45,032 nucleotides of DNA from Nitrososphaerota archaeon (GTDB lineage Archaea > Thermoproteota > Nitrososphaeria > Nitrososphaerales > Nitrosopumilaceae), in contig JAANXC010000038.1 of assembly GCA_018263495.1 (NCBI GenBank), positions 4 to 45,035 of the forward strand. The letters run 5' to 3'. The notes below the pieces were generated by a model. It was not told where the DNA came from and did not search any database. It worked only from the letters and a program-made list of their open reading frames with translations. Of this stretch, positions 26,217 to 35,740 are shown piece after piece (position 1 is the first letter of the stretch; the number at the start of each line of letters is the position of its first letter). The translations under genes and the position numbers were made by a program.

Positions 26217-27451
26217 AAAAGAAACATCTTGACATCATTGATCCAATTCATAATTTTGTTAGAGTTTATGATAGCGAGCTGAAGATCATAGACACATCAA
26301 TTTTTCAGAGGCTAAGAAGAATACGACAGCTTTCAGGCGCACATTTAATCTATCCCGGTGCGCAGCATACCAGATTTGAACACTCCCTTGGAGTAATGCA
26401 CATTGCTTCGATGGCCGGTCACGCACTTTATGAAAAGGGATTAATTTCTGTTGATGATGTTCAAAATTTACGATTTGCTGGTTTGTTACATGACATAGGG
26501 CACGGTCCATTTTCACATATTTTTGAGGAACTTCTACAAAAGAAAAAACACTCCCATGAAGACATAGGAAAGGAGATCATACTAAAGACAAAGATTGGTG
26601 ATTTGATTTCAAAAAATGGATACGATAAGAGATTCATAACCAAAGTGGCTTTCGGTGACTCGAAATTACAGTTTTTGAATGAAATAATATCTGGTGCATT
26701 AAGCGCTGACATTATGGATTATCTGCTTAGGGATGGATACTTTACTGGCGCTGAACATGCAAAGATTGACCACAATAGGCTGACGCATTCTTTAGACGTA
26801 TACAAGAACAAACTTGCACTTGACAAGTCAGCACTGGTAAATTTTGAAACTATGATGACATCTAGATATCAGATGTTCAAGGCTGTCTATTTTCATAAGA
26901 CAGTTAGGGCTGGTGAAGTGATGCTGTTAGAGTCAATGGATCTAGCAGAAGAAGAGCTTAATCTTACCTCAATGAGCCTTGATGATTATCTGAAATTGTC
27001 TGACGAAGTAATTCTCTCAAAGATACTAAATCTACCTGAACATAATTCTAAACTAAAAACCGCAAAAAAAATTGCTACAGATTATCAAAACAGGAATTTA
27101 TTCAAATCAGTCTTTGAACTGACTCTAACTAAAAGTACGATAACAAAAAAGCGTATGCAAGATATTAGAGAAGAGCTTTCAAAAAGTTCCAAAGTAGACA
27201 TTAACGAAATTTTTGTTGACAGTTCTAACACATCTTCAATTCCATTATCTCCATCAAAAAAGGAGTCTAAATCAATTATTCTCTTGGAGGTGGATAACAA
27301 TAAAACAAAAGCGAAAGAAATACAAATTTCAGATATCCAACTTGTTTCGGTAATGTCCGGGTTTATGAAAATTTTAAGGGTTTATACACCAGCAAAAAAT
27401 CGAAAGAAAGTTGAAATTGCAGCCAAATCAATACTTGGTGATCTGAAATAA
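26213..27451 (+). CDS. HD-domain phosphohydrolase (SAMHD1-like dNTP triphosphohydrolase family)
   Basis: [47 protein letters not shown]. Confidence 0.92.
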   Translation: MKKKHLDIIDPIHNFVRVYDSELKIIDTSIFQRLRRIRQLSGAHLIYPGAQHTRFEHSLGVMHIASMAGHALYEKGLISVDDVQNLRFAGLLHDIGHGPFSHIFEELLQKKKHSHEDIGKEIILKTKIGDLISKNGYDKRFITKVAFGDSKLQFLNEIISGALSADIMDYLLRDGYFTGAEHAKIDHNRLTHSLDVYKNKLALDKSALVNFETMMTSRYQMFKAVYFHKTVRAGEVMLLESMDLAEEELNLTSMSLDDYLKLSDEVILSKILNLPEHNSKLKTAKKIATDYQNRNLFKSVFELTLTKSTITKKRMQDIREELSKSSKVDINEIFVDSSNTSSIPLSPSKKESKSIILLEVDNNKTKAKEIQISDIQLVSVMSGFMKILRVYTPAKNRKKVEIAAKSILGDLK

Positions 27452-28125
27452 TGAAAAAGAGAATTGTCATCAAACTTTCTGGTCAAGTGTTTAGTATGGA
27501 TCAGACAAAGGTGTTGAAGGATTATGCAACATTTTTTGTAAAGAAAAGCAAAACACACCAACCAGTAATAGTTGCTGGAGGCGGAAAGATTGCACGATAT
27601 TTTATTTCTCATGCTAGATCATCGGGAGCAGACGAATCCACTTTAGATGAACTTGGAATTGAGATATCGCGACTAAATGCCAAGCTGCTAATTTATGCGT
27701 TAAAAGGCAAAGCTTACCCTCATCCCCCAACAACTTTGACTGAAGTAAAAAACGCAGTGGACAGTGGTCTTATTGTTGTTACAGGAGGGCTACATCCGGG
27801 CCAGAGTACTAATGGTACTGCTGCACTGATTGCAGAAAAAGTGAAGGCAGTCGAGTTTCTAAACGCTACTGACGTTGATGGGGTATACGACTCGGATCCT
27901 AACAAAAATAAAAAAGCTAAAAAATTCGCACTGATAAACATCAAGGATCTTCGTACCATACTAGTACGTGGAGATTCAATGGCTGGAGGCTATGATCTTA
28001 TGGACATTGTTGCACTAAAAGTAATAGAGAGATCGAAAATTAAAACAAAAATTATCAAAGCAGACATTAAAACTATTGAAAAGGCTATGAAGGGTCAGCC
28101 TGTAGGAACACAGATAGTTCCATGA
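27451..28125 (+). CDS. pyrH: Uridylate kinase
   Basis: [37 protein letters not shown]. Confidence 0.95.
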   Translation: MKKRIVIKLSGQVFSMDQTKVLKDYATFFVKKSKTHQPVIVAGGGKIARYFISHARSSGADESTLDELGIEISRLNAKLLIYALKGKAYPHPPTTLTEVKNAVDSGLIVVTGGLHPGQSTNGTAALIAEKVKAVEFLNATDVDGVYDSDPNKNKKAKKFALINIKDLRTILVRGDSMAGGYDLMDIVALKVIERSKIKTKIIKADIKTIEKAMKGQPVGTQIVP

Positions 28126-28130
28126 ACTGA

Positions 28131-28484
28131 TTACTTTAACTCATCTTGCACAGTAGGATACGTATCAGTCCAAATTTTTATTTCCTTGTTTGGAAATTCG
28201 GCAATACCAGAAGCTAAAACTTTGTTGAATATTTTTTGTGCTTCTTCCTTCTCTAACGCTTTTGTTTGCGCTTTAGTAAATCCGTCAGTATCTACCAAAA
28301 GTATAACAAAGCCGTCATCAGTTTTAATCACTGTAGTAAATGATTCCTCCCCCACGGGAACAAATTTTCCATCAATCTTCTTAGTAGTAAGAGTTAGCAT
28401 TGCAAAGCCAGATATGTCAAACAAAACCATTTGCGCTTTGTTCGCTCTCTTCTTTCCAATTTGTACTGCCTGAAAATACTGCAT
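28131..28484 (-). CDS. Hypothetical protein
   Basis: 117-aa ORF filling the gap; no family recognised. Confidence 0.75.
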   Translation of the reverse strand: MQYFQAVQIGKKRANKAQMVLFDISGFAMLTLTTKKIDGKFVPVGEESFTTVIKTDDGFVILLVDTDGFTKAQTKALEKEEAQKIFNKVLASGIAEFPNKEIKIWTDTYPTVQDELK

Positions 28485-28556
28485 GATTTATGGAGCCTAT
28501 AGCACTATATGCATTTTATCTCAACATTTAAGAAATATACATAGGAATCAAAACCG

Positions 28557-29099
28557 GTGAATCCCAGAATCTTTGTTGGTGCTGCCGCTGGCGTACTTAT
28601 TGCAATTATAGTTGTGTTTACGTTAACTGGTACATCAATAGTTAGTGACGTCGAAGGAGGATTTTTTGCGCCGTCAACTCAGGAGGTATTACCACTTACG
28701 ATAGAATTATTTGATTTTTCCGTGCTAGAGATTACTGAAAAGCAGGCAACGCTTGAAATAAAATTCAAGGTTTCAAACCCAAACTTCAAGTCAGTCATGC
28801 TTCAACACATAAAATATTCAGTCTATCATAACGACGCCAGAATTACTGCAGGCGAGATTGGTACTGCCCCAGAGGGATTTCTTGCATCACCAAATTACTA
28901 TATCATACTCAATGAAAGACCATCTCTTATTGGCGAAAAATTTACTATCACAAATACTGGTAACACTCCTGAACTTTGGGAAACATTAGCCAAAAACGAA
29001 CTAAATTGGAGGATTTCCGGCGAGGCATTCTTCAACCTTAGTTCTATAACTGCAGGACAGGAAAATATTCTAAAATTCGATTTCTCAAAATATGATTGA
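28557..29099 (+). CDS. Membrane-anchored protein with LEA_2/WHy-like beta domain
   Basis: N-terminal TM; LEIKFKVSNPN....L..IKY pattern typical of LEA14/WHy folds. Confidence 0.7.
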   Translation: MNPRIFVGAAAGVLIAIIVVFTLTGTSIVSDVEGGFFAPSTQEVLPLTIELFDFSVLEITEKQATLEIKFKVSNPNFKSVMLQHIKYSVYHNDARITAGEIGTAPEGFLASPNYYIILNERPSLIGEKFTITNTGNTPELWETLAKNELNWRISGEAFFNLSSITAGQENILKFDFSKYD

Positions 29100-29192
29100 T
29101 TATGTATCATAAAATTTGAAAATTGTGATTATTTGTAAAAATATAAGAAAAATTAACAATAGTATATATTATTGACTTTAAGCATGTCAACA

Positions 29193-29306
29193 ATGGCAGA
29201 AGCAGCAGCATCAGCATTTGGAGCCGCAATTGGCGTGTTAATTGCTATGGCAGTAGTAGTATTCGGACTACGTGGCAAGGGACATTCAAGAGCACCAGAC
29301 GCATAA
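29193..29306 (+). CDS. Small single-TM protein (37 aa)
   Basis: MAEAAASAFGAAIGVLIAMAVVVFGLRGKGHSRAPDA* (alternative ATG 29184); TATATATT box at 29163-29170 and T-rich tract downstream. Confidence 0.75.
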   Translation: MAEAAASAFGAAIGVLIAMAVVVFGLRGKGHSRAPDA

Positions 29307-29323
29307 ATATTCGAACTTCCAAC

Positions 29324-29340
29324 ATTTTTCTTATTTTTCT
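29324..29340 (+). terminator. Oligo-T archaeal terminator candidate
   Basis: ATTTTTCTTATTTTTCT shortly after the small-protein stop codon. Confidence 0.45.
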
Positions 29341-29398
29341 ACTCCTAGACTAATGGTTATTTTACATTTTTATGTTCCAAAAATTTAGCTGACTTGGA

Positions 29399-30070
29399 AT
29401 GGGACGTAGTGATGCAGGCGATAGAGACTATAAGCAGGTTGTAAGGGATGCTATCGACTCGATGGGAGAAAATATCGAAATAAAGATTGACTCGAAGGAT
29501 ATCAATACAATTCACCTCCATGAGGCTACAAAGTGTTTACGGCTTTCCTATTATGATAGAACAGATCCCATAGATACTGAACAAACACAATTCAACAAAG
29601 TCTTGGGAGGGTTGTTCCGAAAAATGAAGTCTCATTCTAGTATTGGCAAGTACGACATGGGTGGAGGTCTGACACTGAAAGGGCAGGTAGACATGATTCA
29701 GGAGGATGTTATCTTGCTCTTTAGATCCATTGACAAGTTTCCAGAAAATCCATTGCCTGTGGATATGCTGTACGTAAATGCCTGCATGTGGATGTTCAAC
29801 AAAATTGAAGGAGTTATTGTCTACATCACACCAGACGGAAAGGAGGATTCATTTGTAACAAACAGGAATCAAAAGATGTTTGAAGAGGTAATTAAACGAA
29901 CCAGGGTATTCCAAGACTTCCTAAAGGAGAACAGATTGCCCATTATAGAGCCATCACAAGATTGCCTAACCTGTCCATACTACGAAAGATGCTATATCAG
30001 AAAGAAAGAAGGAAAACAAATATCCATAGCATCACTGTTTGGCAAGTTTGGTAAGGAAGATAAGATTTAA
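29399..30070 (+). CDS. Stand-alone Cas4-like protein with intact Fe-S cysteines and degenerate nuclease motifs
   Basis: EATKCLRLSYY N-terminal Cys, LKGQVD, C-terminal PSQDCLTCPYYERC; the expected ExK reads LFR. Confidence 0.8.
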   Translation: MGRSDAGDRDYKQVVRDAIDSMGENIEIKIDSKDINTIHLHEATKCLRLSYYDRTDPIDTEQTQFNKVLGGLFRKMKSHSSIGKYDMGGGLTLKGQVDMIQEDVILLFRSIDKFPENPLPVDMLYVNACMWMFNKIEGVIVYITPDGKEDSFVTNRNQKMFEEVIKRTRVFQDFLKENRLPIIEPSQDCLTCPYYERCYIRKKEGKQISIASLFGKFGKEDKI

Positions 30071-30077
30071 TTCATTA

Positions 30078-30743
30078 TTACGTAAATTTTGAAAAGAAGT
30101 TTAGAACATCCAATTTTTTAGATTTTGATAATGTCATAAATCCTGCCAGTAATTCATTTTGTGTTGTAAAAACATTTTCAGATATTTTCTGAAATTCTGG
30201 AATACTAAACGGCAGAAGATTTTTCAATTTTCCTTCACAAAAAGCCCTAACATAAATCTCAAACATAGAATATGTGAATTTTGGTGAAATTTTTACTAAT
30301 GTCCTAACAGCATCCACAAATTCTTTTTCTTTTATTTCAGCCTTTGACAAAAACTCGTCCAAAACAGAGTCCCTTTGGTCAAAATCATCAATCGACAAGA
30401 CCACAAGAAGTCCTTTGGGTGTAAGTTGGTAGTATGGAATACCCTTCTCCTGCAACGCCTTAGGTCCACGCTTTAGTGGTAAACGTCCAGCCTCACTAAC
30501 TATGTTTAACGGAATAAGAATTTCATCCAAGTCACGGAAAACCCCAGAATAGATATTCTTCCAAAGAAGATTATTTTTTTTTGCTATATTTTGGGCAATA
30601 GCCGTACGAGTCATTAATGTAGAACTATTTTCTCTAGCAAGATGGCTTATGATGTGTCTCTGCCTAATAGCCTCCCCCGTCAGCTGCTCCCTTTTTGTCT
30701 TGAATGTGTCAAATATTGAGAGTTTTGGGAATTGTTGTTTCAT
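30078..30743 (-). CDS. Winged-helix-like hypothetical DNA-binding protein
   Basis: TRTAIAQNIA...IYSGVFRDL helices and a PYYQLTPKG wing motif; start moved to ATG 30743. Confidence 0.65.
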   Translation of the reverse strand: MKQQFPKLSIFDTFKTKREQLTGEAIRQRHIISHLARENSSTLMTRTAIAQNIAKKNNLLWKNIYSGVFRDLDEILIPLNIVSEAGRLPLKRGPKALQEKGIPYYQLTPKGLLVVLSIDDFDQRDSVLDEFLSKAEIKEKEFVDAVRTLVKISPKFTYSMFEIYVRAFCEGKLKNLLPFSIPEFQKISENVFTTQNELLAGFMTLSKSKKLDVLNFFSKFT

Positions 30744-30917
30744 ACTAAACCACCAACGTAATTCTACCATTCATAGCCTGTTTCATGCCTAGATTAACAT
30801 GACATAATATTTGAATTTTATGATACTATCACTATACATAGATATATAGTTACTAACTTAATTTGTAAATAACTCATCTTTAGGTTTATATCTGCATAGA
30901 TTCGCGCATGGAATTAG

Positions 30918-32510
30918 ATGAACTCTGTAATGCAGATAAAATCTGTAAAACATAAGTATGCTCTATTACTTATGGCTGCAGTCGCTATGACAGCGACAGG
31001 AGCAATGGCTCAGGCTTTTGCCCAATCAACCGAAGACGGAATGGATGGGTATCAAGTCGGAGTACCGGGCGCCGGAATCTATACTGGTAACCCTAACGAA
31101 TGTTGGTGGGACACAGATGACGATGGCACCCCAGACATGTATTGTCTGATTGATACAGGTGATACTGCTTGGATGTTAACAGCATCATCTTTAGTCTTGT
31201 TCATGACACCTGGTGTCGCCTTCTTATACGGAGGACTTGCAAGATCAAAGAACGCTGTAAACACAATTGGCATGACTTTCATTGTCATGGGCCTAATGTC
31301 AGTACAATGGGTACTGTGGGGATATTCCCTAGCATTTGGTTCCGTTGACAGTGAAGCAAACATGTTCATGGGCAACCTCGATTACATGGGCTTTAATCAA
31401 GTCTCACACTGGGCACCACTAGGTGAACCAGGTTCATGTGAAGGCACTTGGTCTGATTATTACCAAATGCAACAGATGAAGACTGAAGGAGCTTATTGTA
31501 GCCAAGGATGGCCTGGAACAGTTCCACATCAATTGTTTGCAATGTTCCAAGCAACATTCGCTATTATCACACCAGCTCTTATTGTCGGTGGCTTAGTTGA
31601 CAGAATGAAATTCAGCGCACTGGTAATCTTTGTTCTCTTATGGGGAACCTTCGTTTATGATCCAATTGCACATTGGGTCTGGGGAGGCGGATACATAGGA
31701 AACATGGACTTTGATCCAGACTTGTCGCCATCATTCGGTCTTGACTTTGCAGGCGGTACCGTAGTTCACATATCTTCAGGATTCGCAGCTCTAGCTGGAG
31801 CTCTAGTTCTTGGTAGACGACTTGGATACGGAAAGGTTCCAATGGAACCACATAACGTACCTATGGTCGTACTGGGAGCTTCAATACTCTGGTTCGGCTG
31901 GTTCGGATTCAACGCAGGAAGCGAAGTATTATCAGACGGCATTGCCGTCAGCGCTTGGACTGTAACTAACACAGCAACTGGTATGGCTTCAGTAACTTGG
32001 TTACTGATGTCATGGGGACATACTGGAAGACCCAGTATCGCAGGTGCTGCAACAGGTGCAGTAGCAGGCTTGGTAGCAATCACTCCAGCATCTGGTTGGG
32101 TTGGCCCTATGGCCGCAATCATAATTGGAGTTGCTGCAGGTACACTTTGTTACGGCGCAGTTGCTTTCAAGAACTCACGCAAATGGGACGACGCACTCGA
32201 TGTATGGGGAGTACACGGAATAGGTGGTTTCACTGGCGCAGTCTTGACAGGAACACTAGCAAGTCCACACATCTGGGATACCGGTGACGGTATTGGTGCA
32301 TGGACTGGAACACCAGAAGGATACGAGCAACAAGCTATCAACATAGCAGGCGCATGTATGTCAGTTGCTTATGCATTCGGTGTAACAATTGCTATATTGA
32401 AGATCATGGACGCAATCTGGCCAGGTGGAATTCGAGTTACTCCAAAAGAGGAGGAAGTCGGACTCGACATTGCTCAGAACGGTGAACGAGCATACGTAGA
32501 ACTAGGTTAA
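30918..32510 (+). CDS. amt: Ammonium transporter (Amt) with signal peptide and extended extracellular loops
   Basis: DTGDTAW, FMTPG.AFLYGG, FQATFAIITPAL, DFAGGTVVH, WFGWFGFNAGS, DDALDVWGVHG; twin His intact. Confidence 0.98.
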   Translation: MNSVMQIKSVKHKYALLLMAAVAMTATGAMAQAFAQSTEDGMDGYQVGVPGAGIYTGNPNECWWDTDDDGTPDMYCLIDTGDTAWMLTASSLVLFMTPGVAFLYGGLARSKNAVNTIGMTFIVMGLMSVQWVLWGYSLAFGSVDSEANMFMGNLDYMGFNQVSHWAPLGEPGSCEGTWSDYYQMQQMKTEGAYCSQGWPGTVPHQLFAMFQATFAIITPALIVGGLVDRMKFSALVIFVLLWGTFVYDPIAHWVWGGGYIGNMDFDPDLSPSFGLDFAGGTVVHISSGFAALAGALVLGRRLGYGKVPMEPHNVPMVVLGASILWFGWFGFNAGSEVLSDGIAVSAWTVTNTATGMASVTWLLMSWGHTGRPSIAGAATGAVAGLVAITPASGWVGPMAAIIIGVAAGTLCYGAVAFKNSRKWDDALDVWGVHGIGGFTGAVLTGTLASPHIWDTGDGIGAWTGTPEGYEQQAINIAGACMSVAYAFGVTIAILKIMDAIWPGGIRVTPKEEEVGLDIAQNGERAYVELG

Positions 32511-32521
32511 GAAAAACCTCA

Positions 32522-32540
32522 TCTTTTTTTTCTTTTTTTT
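32522..32540 (+). terminator. Oligo-T terminator after amt
   Basis: Two runs of eight T separated by one C, just after the stop codon. Confidence 0.7.
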
Positions 32541-32585
32541 AATATCCTAGGACAAATTCATTTACCATCAACATTATACAAATTC

Positions 32586-33359
32586 GTGTTAACTACCACA
32601 ACAGAATTAGAGAAAATTATTGATGATCCTAATCTGATTTTGATTGATACAAGATCATTCCAAGAATATTCCCAGGGACACATTACAAATGCAGTAAACT
32701 TGGATCTTTTCTCCTTTCACTGGATTGATACAAGCAATAGTGGAATATCTTCGTTTAATGAACAGTTCGGAAAAATTTTTTCGCGTGTGGGTGTATCGGA
32801 AGAGAAAAAGGTGGTTTTCTATGATAATGTATCTGGAATGCTTGCCGCCAGAGGAGTTTGGCTGCTTGAATATTTTTCACATTCAAATGTATCAATGCTT
32901 GATGGCGGGCTCACAAAATGGAAGACCGAAGGGCGTGTTTTGGACAAAATTTCAGTTAACTACAAGCCGGCTAATTTTTCTGGAAAGCCTAATCCTAAAA
33001 TTTTAGCTGGATTTGAGTACGTGCTGGAAAATCTCAACAAAATTACAATTTTAGATGTTCGTTCAAAGGAAGAATTTGATGGTAAACTTGTAAGAGCAGC
33101 TAGGGGTGGTCACATACCAACATCAACTAACATAGACTATACTGAAAACATTTCCAAAGATGGAACTCTCAAAAACAATGAGGAACTTTCTAAACTATAT
33201 CAGATGTCAAAAGATGCTGAAATTATAACATATTGTCAGGGGGCATACAGAGCGGCAAATACATTCCTTGCCCTGAAGAAGCTTGGTTTCACAAACGTCA
33301 AAGTTTATCTTGGATCTTGGGGAGAATGGGGAAACAAACCAGAACTTCCCATAGAATGA
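32586..33359 (+). CDS. Tandem-domain rhodanese (thiosulfate/mercaptopyruvate sulfurtransferase)
   Basis: GHITNAV, AARGVW, LDGGL, GHIP, active-site YCQGAYRA, YLGSWGEW. Confidence 0.95.
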   Translation: MLTTTTELEKIIDDPNLILIDTRSFQEYSQGHITNAVNLDLFSFHWIDTSNSGISSFNEQFGKIFSRVGVSEEKKVVFYDNVSGMLAARGVWLLEYFSHSNVSMLDGGLTKWKTEGRVLDKISVNYKPANFSGKPNPKILAGFEYVLENLNKITILDVRSKEEFDGKLVRAARGGHIPTSTNIDYTENISKDGTLKNNEELSKLYQMSKDAEIITYCQGAYRAANTFLALKKLGFTNVKVYLGSWGEWGNKPELPIE

Positions 33360-33420
33360 AAAATCCGATCAAGATTTTTATGATATAATTAATATAACGT
33401 CAGGAAGTCAGCGTGATCAG

Positions 33421-33753
33421 ATGGCTTTTAACAGGAAAAAATTTTCCTATCTCGCTATTACTGCGGGAGCAATTATGTTAGTTATGACATTTGTTACACC
33501 TCCAGCTTTTGCTGCTACGGGTGATGATTCAGGGTTATCAAAGCCTATTTTGGCACTGGCTGCCGCTATTGCGATAGCGGGAGGTTTGATAGGTACTGGT
33601 AGCGCGCAACAGGGAATAGGTGCGGCTGGTATGGGAATTATAGCGGAAAAACCAGAAAAATTTGGTCAGGTTTTATTCTTCTTCGTAATTCCTGAAACAC
33701 TTTGGATTATTGGTTTCGTTTTAGGAATTATACTATTGTTAGATATACTCTAG
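33421..33753 (+). CDS. atpK: V/A-type ATPase proteolipid subunit K (c) with N-terminal signal-like extension
   Basis: GSAQQGIGAAGMG..AEKPE and FFVIPETLWIIG with the ion-binding Glu. Confidence 0.95.
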   Translation: MAFNRKKFSYLAITAGAIMLVMTFVTPPAFAATGDDSGLSKPILALAAAIAIAGGLIGTGSAQQGIGAAGMGIIAEKPEKFGQVLFFFVIPETLWIIGFVLGIILLLDIL

Positions 33754-33764
33754 GGCGAAGCACC

Positions 33765-34319
33765 TTGAGCATAGACAAATTTGTTGCTGAGATACAAAAT
33801 AGAAAAAAAAACGATCTTGCTGAACTAGACAAAAAACTAAGCGATAAAAAGTCAGAAACTGACGCTAAAAAAAACTCTGGTGTAAAGGATCTTAAGGAGA
33901 ACTATGCTAACGAGGCAAAAACAAAAGCAGAAAGAGAAGGAGCCAGAATAGTTGAGGCCGGAAAACTAGAAGCCAAGAAAATATTGTTTGATGCAATCAA
34001 CAAAAATTTAGATTCCACATTCGATGTTATCAAAAAAGAACTAGACGGTTACTCAAAAAAACCGGAATATAATCAGGTCCTACAAAAGTTGGTTGACTAT
34101 TCAAAGAAAGTGCTTGCTAAGGAACTAGTAGTTCGTTGCCGCGAAGAAGATAAATCATTTTTCAAAGACGGCATCCAAATTGGCTCTACAATTCAAACTC
34201 TAGGCGGATTTATCGCTGAAAACAAAGATGGCACCAAAGAAATTGATTTGACTTTTGAAGAACTGCTTAGAAGTAACGAAGATGAGATAAAGAATACAAT
34301 TTTGGAGAAGATACTGTAA
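33765..34319 (+). CDS. atpE: V/A-type ATPase subunit E
   Basis: Coiled-coil N-terminus and LGGFIAENKDG...DLTFE; start moved to TTG 33765 (MSIDKF). Confidence 0.9.
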   Translation: MSIDKFVAEIQNRKKNDLAELDKKLSDKKSETDAKKNSGVKDLKENYANEAKTKAEREGARIVEAGKLEAKKILFDAINKNLDSTFDVIKKELDGYSKKPEYNQVLQKLVDYSKKVLAKELVVRCREEDKSFFKDGIQIGSTIQTLGGFIAENKDGTKEIDLTFEELLRSNEDEIKNTILEKIL

Positions 34320-35383
34320 TGGGCGCATCACAATACGCATCTTCATTTGGAAGATTACAGTCAATTGCAATAAATTTTCTTTCTGAAGAATTTTTACAAA
34401 ATCTACTCAAGGCAAATAGTGTAACAGAGATGGTCAAGCAATTGGAATCAACTTGGTATGGCGAAGAGATCAAAAAGTCTGCATCAGTATACAAAGATGC
34501 CGCACTCTTAGAAGTTGCATTTAACCGTCACATTGTTGAAACTAATAAAATGATTTCAGAAGCAACCCCATTTAGTGGCAAAAACGCAGTAAGAACTTAT
34601 CTTTCAAAATGGGATCTTTACAACATAGAACTGATTCTTTCTTCCAAGGCAATGGGAAGAGAAATTACAGAGACTGAATCGTTATTAGTTTCTAGTAGAA
34701 ATGTTCCCGCAGGAATTGCTGCTGGTAACATATCACACGATGAGATAAAGATCATTCTTTCGGAAACAAGCGTTGATGGCGTCGTCAACAAACTAGCAAA
34801 ACATGGTTATGGTGTAGTATTGATGAAGCATTTGGACGAATTTCAAAAGACAGGAGATTTGGGACCAATGATGTCAGCCCTACACGAAGCATATTATCAA
34901 AAGATGCTTGAGTCACTCAGGTTCTTCCAAGGTGATGAGGGCATAATCAGAGAATTAATTCGAGCCGAAATAGACAAGAAAAATATTCTGAATCTTTTGA
35001 AGGCAAAGGAATCAAACTTAGAGAAAGATATTGTATCAAAACATCTTATTGATGGTGGAAGAATCTCCTCAAAGGAATTACTTGATAGCTATGAAGTCAA
35101 AGACGTTATAGAAATGGTTGGAAAATTTGATTCTTACTTTAAATTAACCGATGCTATCGAACAATACAAGACTTCAAACAGTTTGATTGATTTCGAGGTA
35201 GCAATTACAAAATCCATCTTTACAAACAATGTAAAAAAATTGAGAAATATTGCATTATCGATCGGAACTATTTTCTATTTTATGTTCAGAGCAGAAAATG
35301 AACATGAAAATCTGAAAAGGATTACATATGGTAAGCGCTACGATCTTCCAATTGATAAAATTAAGGGGATGTTGTTACTTTGA
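34319..35383 (+). CDS. atpC: V/A-type ATPase subunit C
   Basis: 354 aa; WDLYNI, EIDKKNI..LL, ENE.ENLKRI.YGK; operon position. Confidence 0.92.
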   Translation: MGASQYASSFGRLQSIAINFLSEEFLQNLLKANSVTEMVKQLESTWYGEEIKKSASVYKDAALLEVAFNRHIVETNKMISEATPFSGKNAVRTYLSKWDLYNIELILSSKAMGREITETESLLVSSRNVPAGIAAGNISHDEIKIILSETSVDGVVNKLAKHGYGVVLMKHLDEFQKTGDLGPMMSALHEAYYQKMLESLRFFQGDEGIIRELIRAEIDKKNILNLLKAKESNLEKDIVSKHLIDGGRISSKELLDSYEVKDVIEMVGKFDSYFKLTDAIEQYKTSNSLIDFEVAITKSIFTNNVKKLRNIALSIGTIFYFMFRAENEHENLKRITYGKRYDLPIDKIKGMLLL

Positions 35384-35739
35384 GTGAACAAGTTTCAAAA
35401 CAAAAAACTGATACAAGTGGCAGATTAGCGGTTGTAGGAGATCGCGAACTTGTAATTGGTTATCGTCTGATTGGAATCGATGACACTTTTATTGTCAGCA
35501 ATGAAGATGATGCAAGTAAAAAAATTCAGGAGCTCTACTCATCTGGTGAATTTGGTTTGATTATTGCAAGTAATTCAATGCGTGCTAAACTTTCTTCAAA
35601 ATTTGTCGCAGAAATAGAGGAATCCATCGAGCCACTAGTGTTATTCATGCCATCTCAAAAAGAAACTGCTGCTGAAGAAGAAGAAACAATTGCCGCATTG
35701 GCAAAACGAGTTCTGGGAATTAGTATAGAGGTTAATTGA
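35380..35739 (+). CDS. atpF: V/A-type ATPase subunit F
   Basis: LAVVGDRELVIGYRLIGI and KRVLGISI. Confidence 0.93.
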   Translation: MSEQVSKQKTDTSGRLAVVGDRELVIGYRLIGIDDTFIVSNEDDASKKIQELYSSGEFGLIIASNSMRAKLSSKFVAEIEESIEPLVLFMPSQKETAAEEEETIAALAKRVLGISIEVN

Positions 35740-35740
35740 C

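Noticed and set aside
29399-30070. CRISPR-Cas locus suggested by the Cas4-like gene
   Set aside because: No repeat-spacer array and no cas1, cas2 or effector genes are visible in the window.
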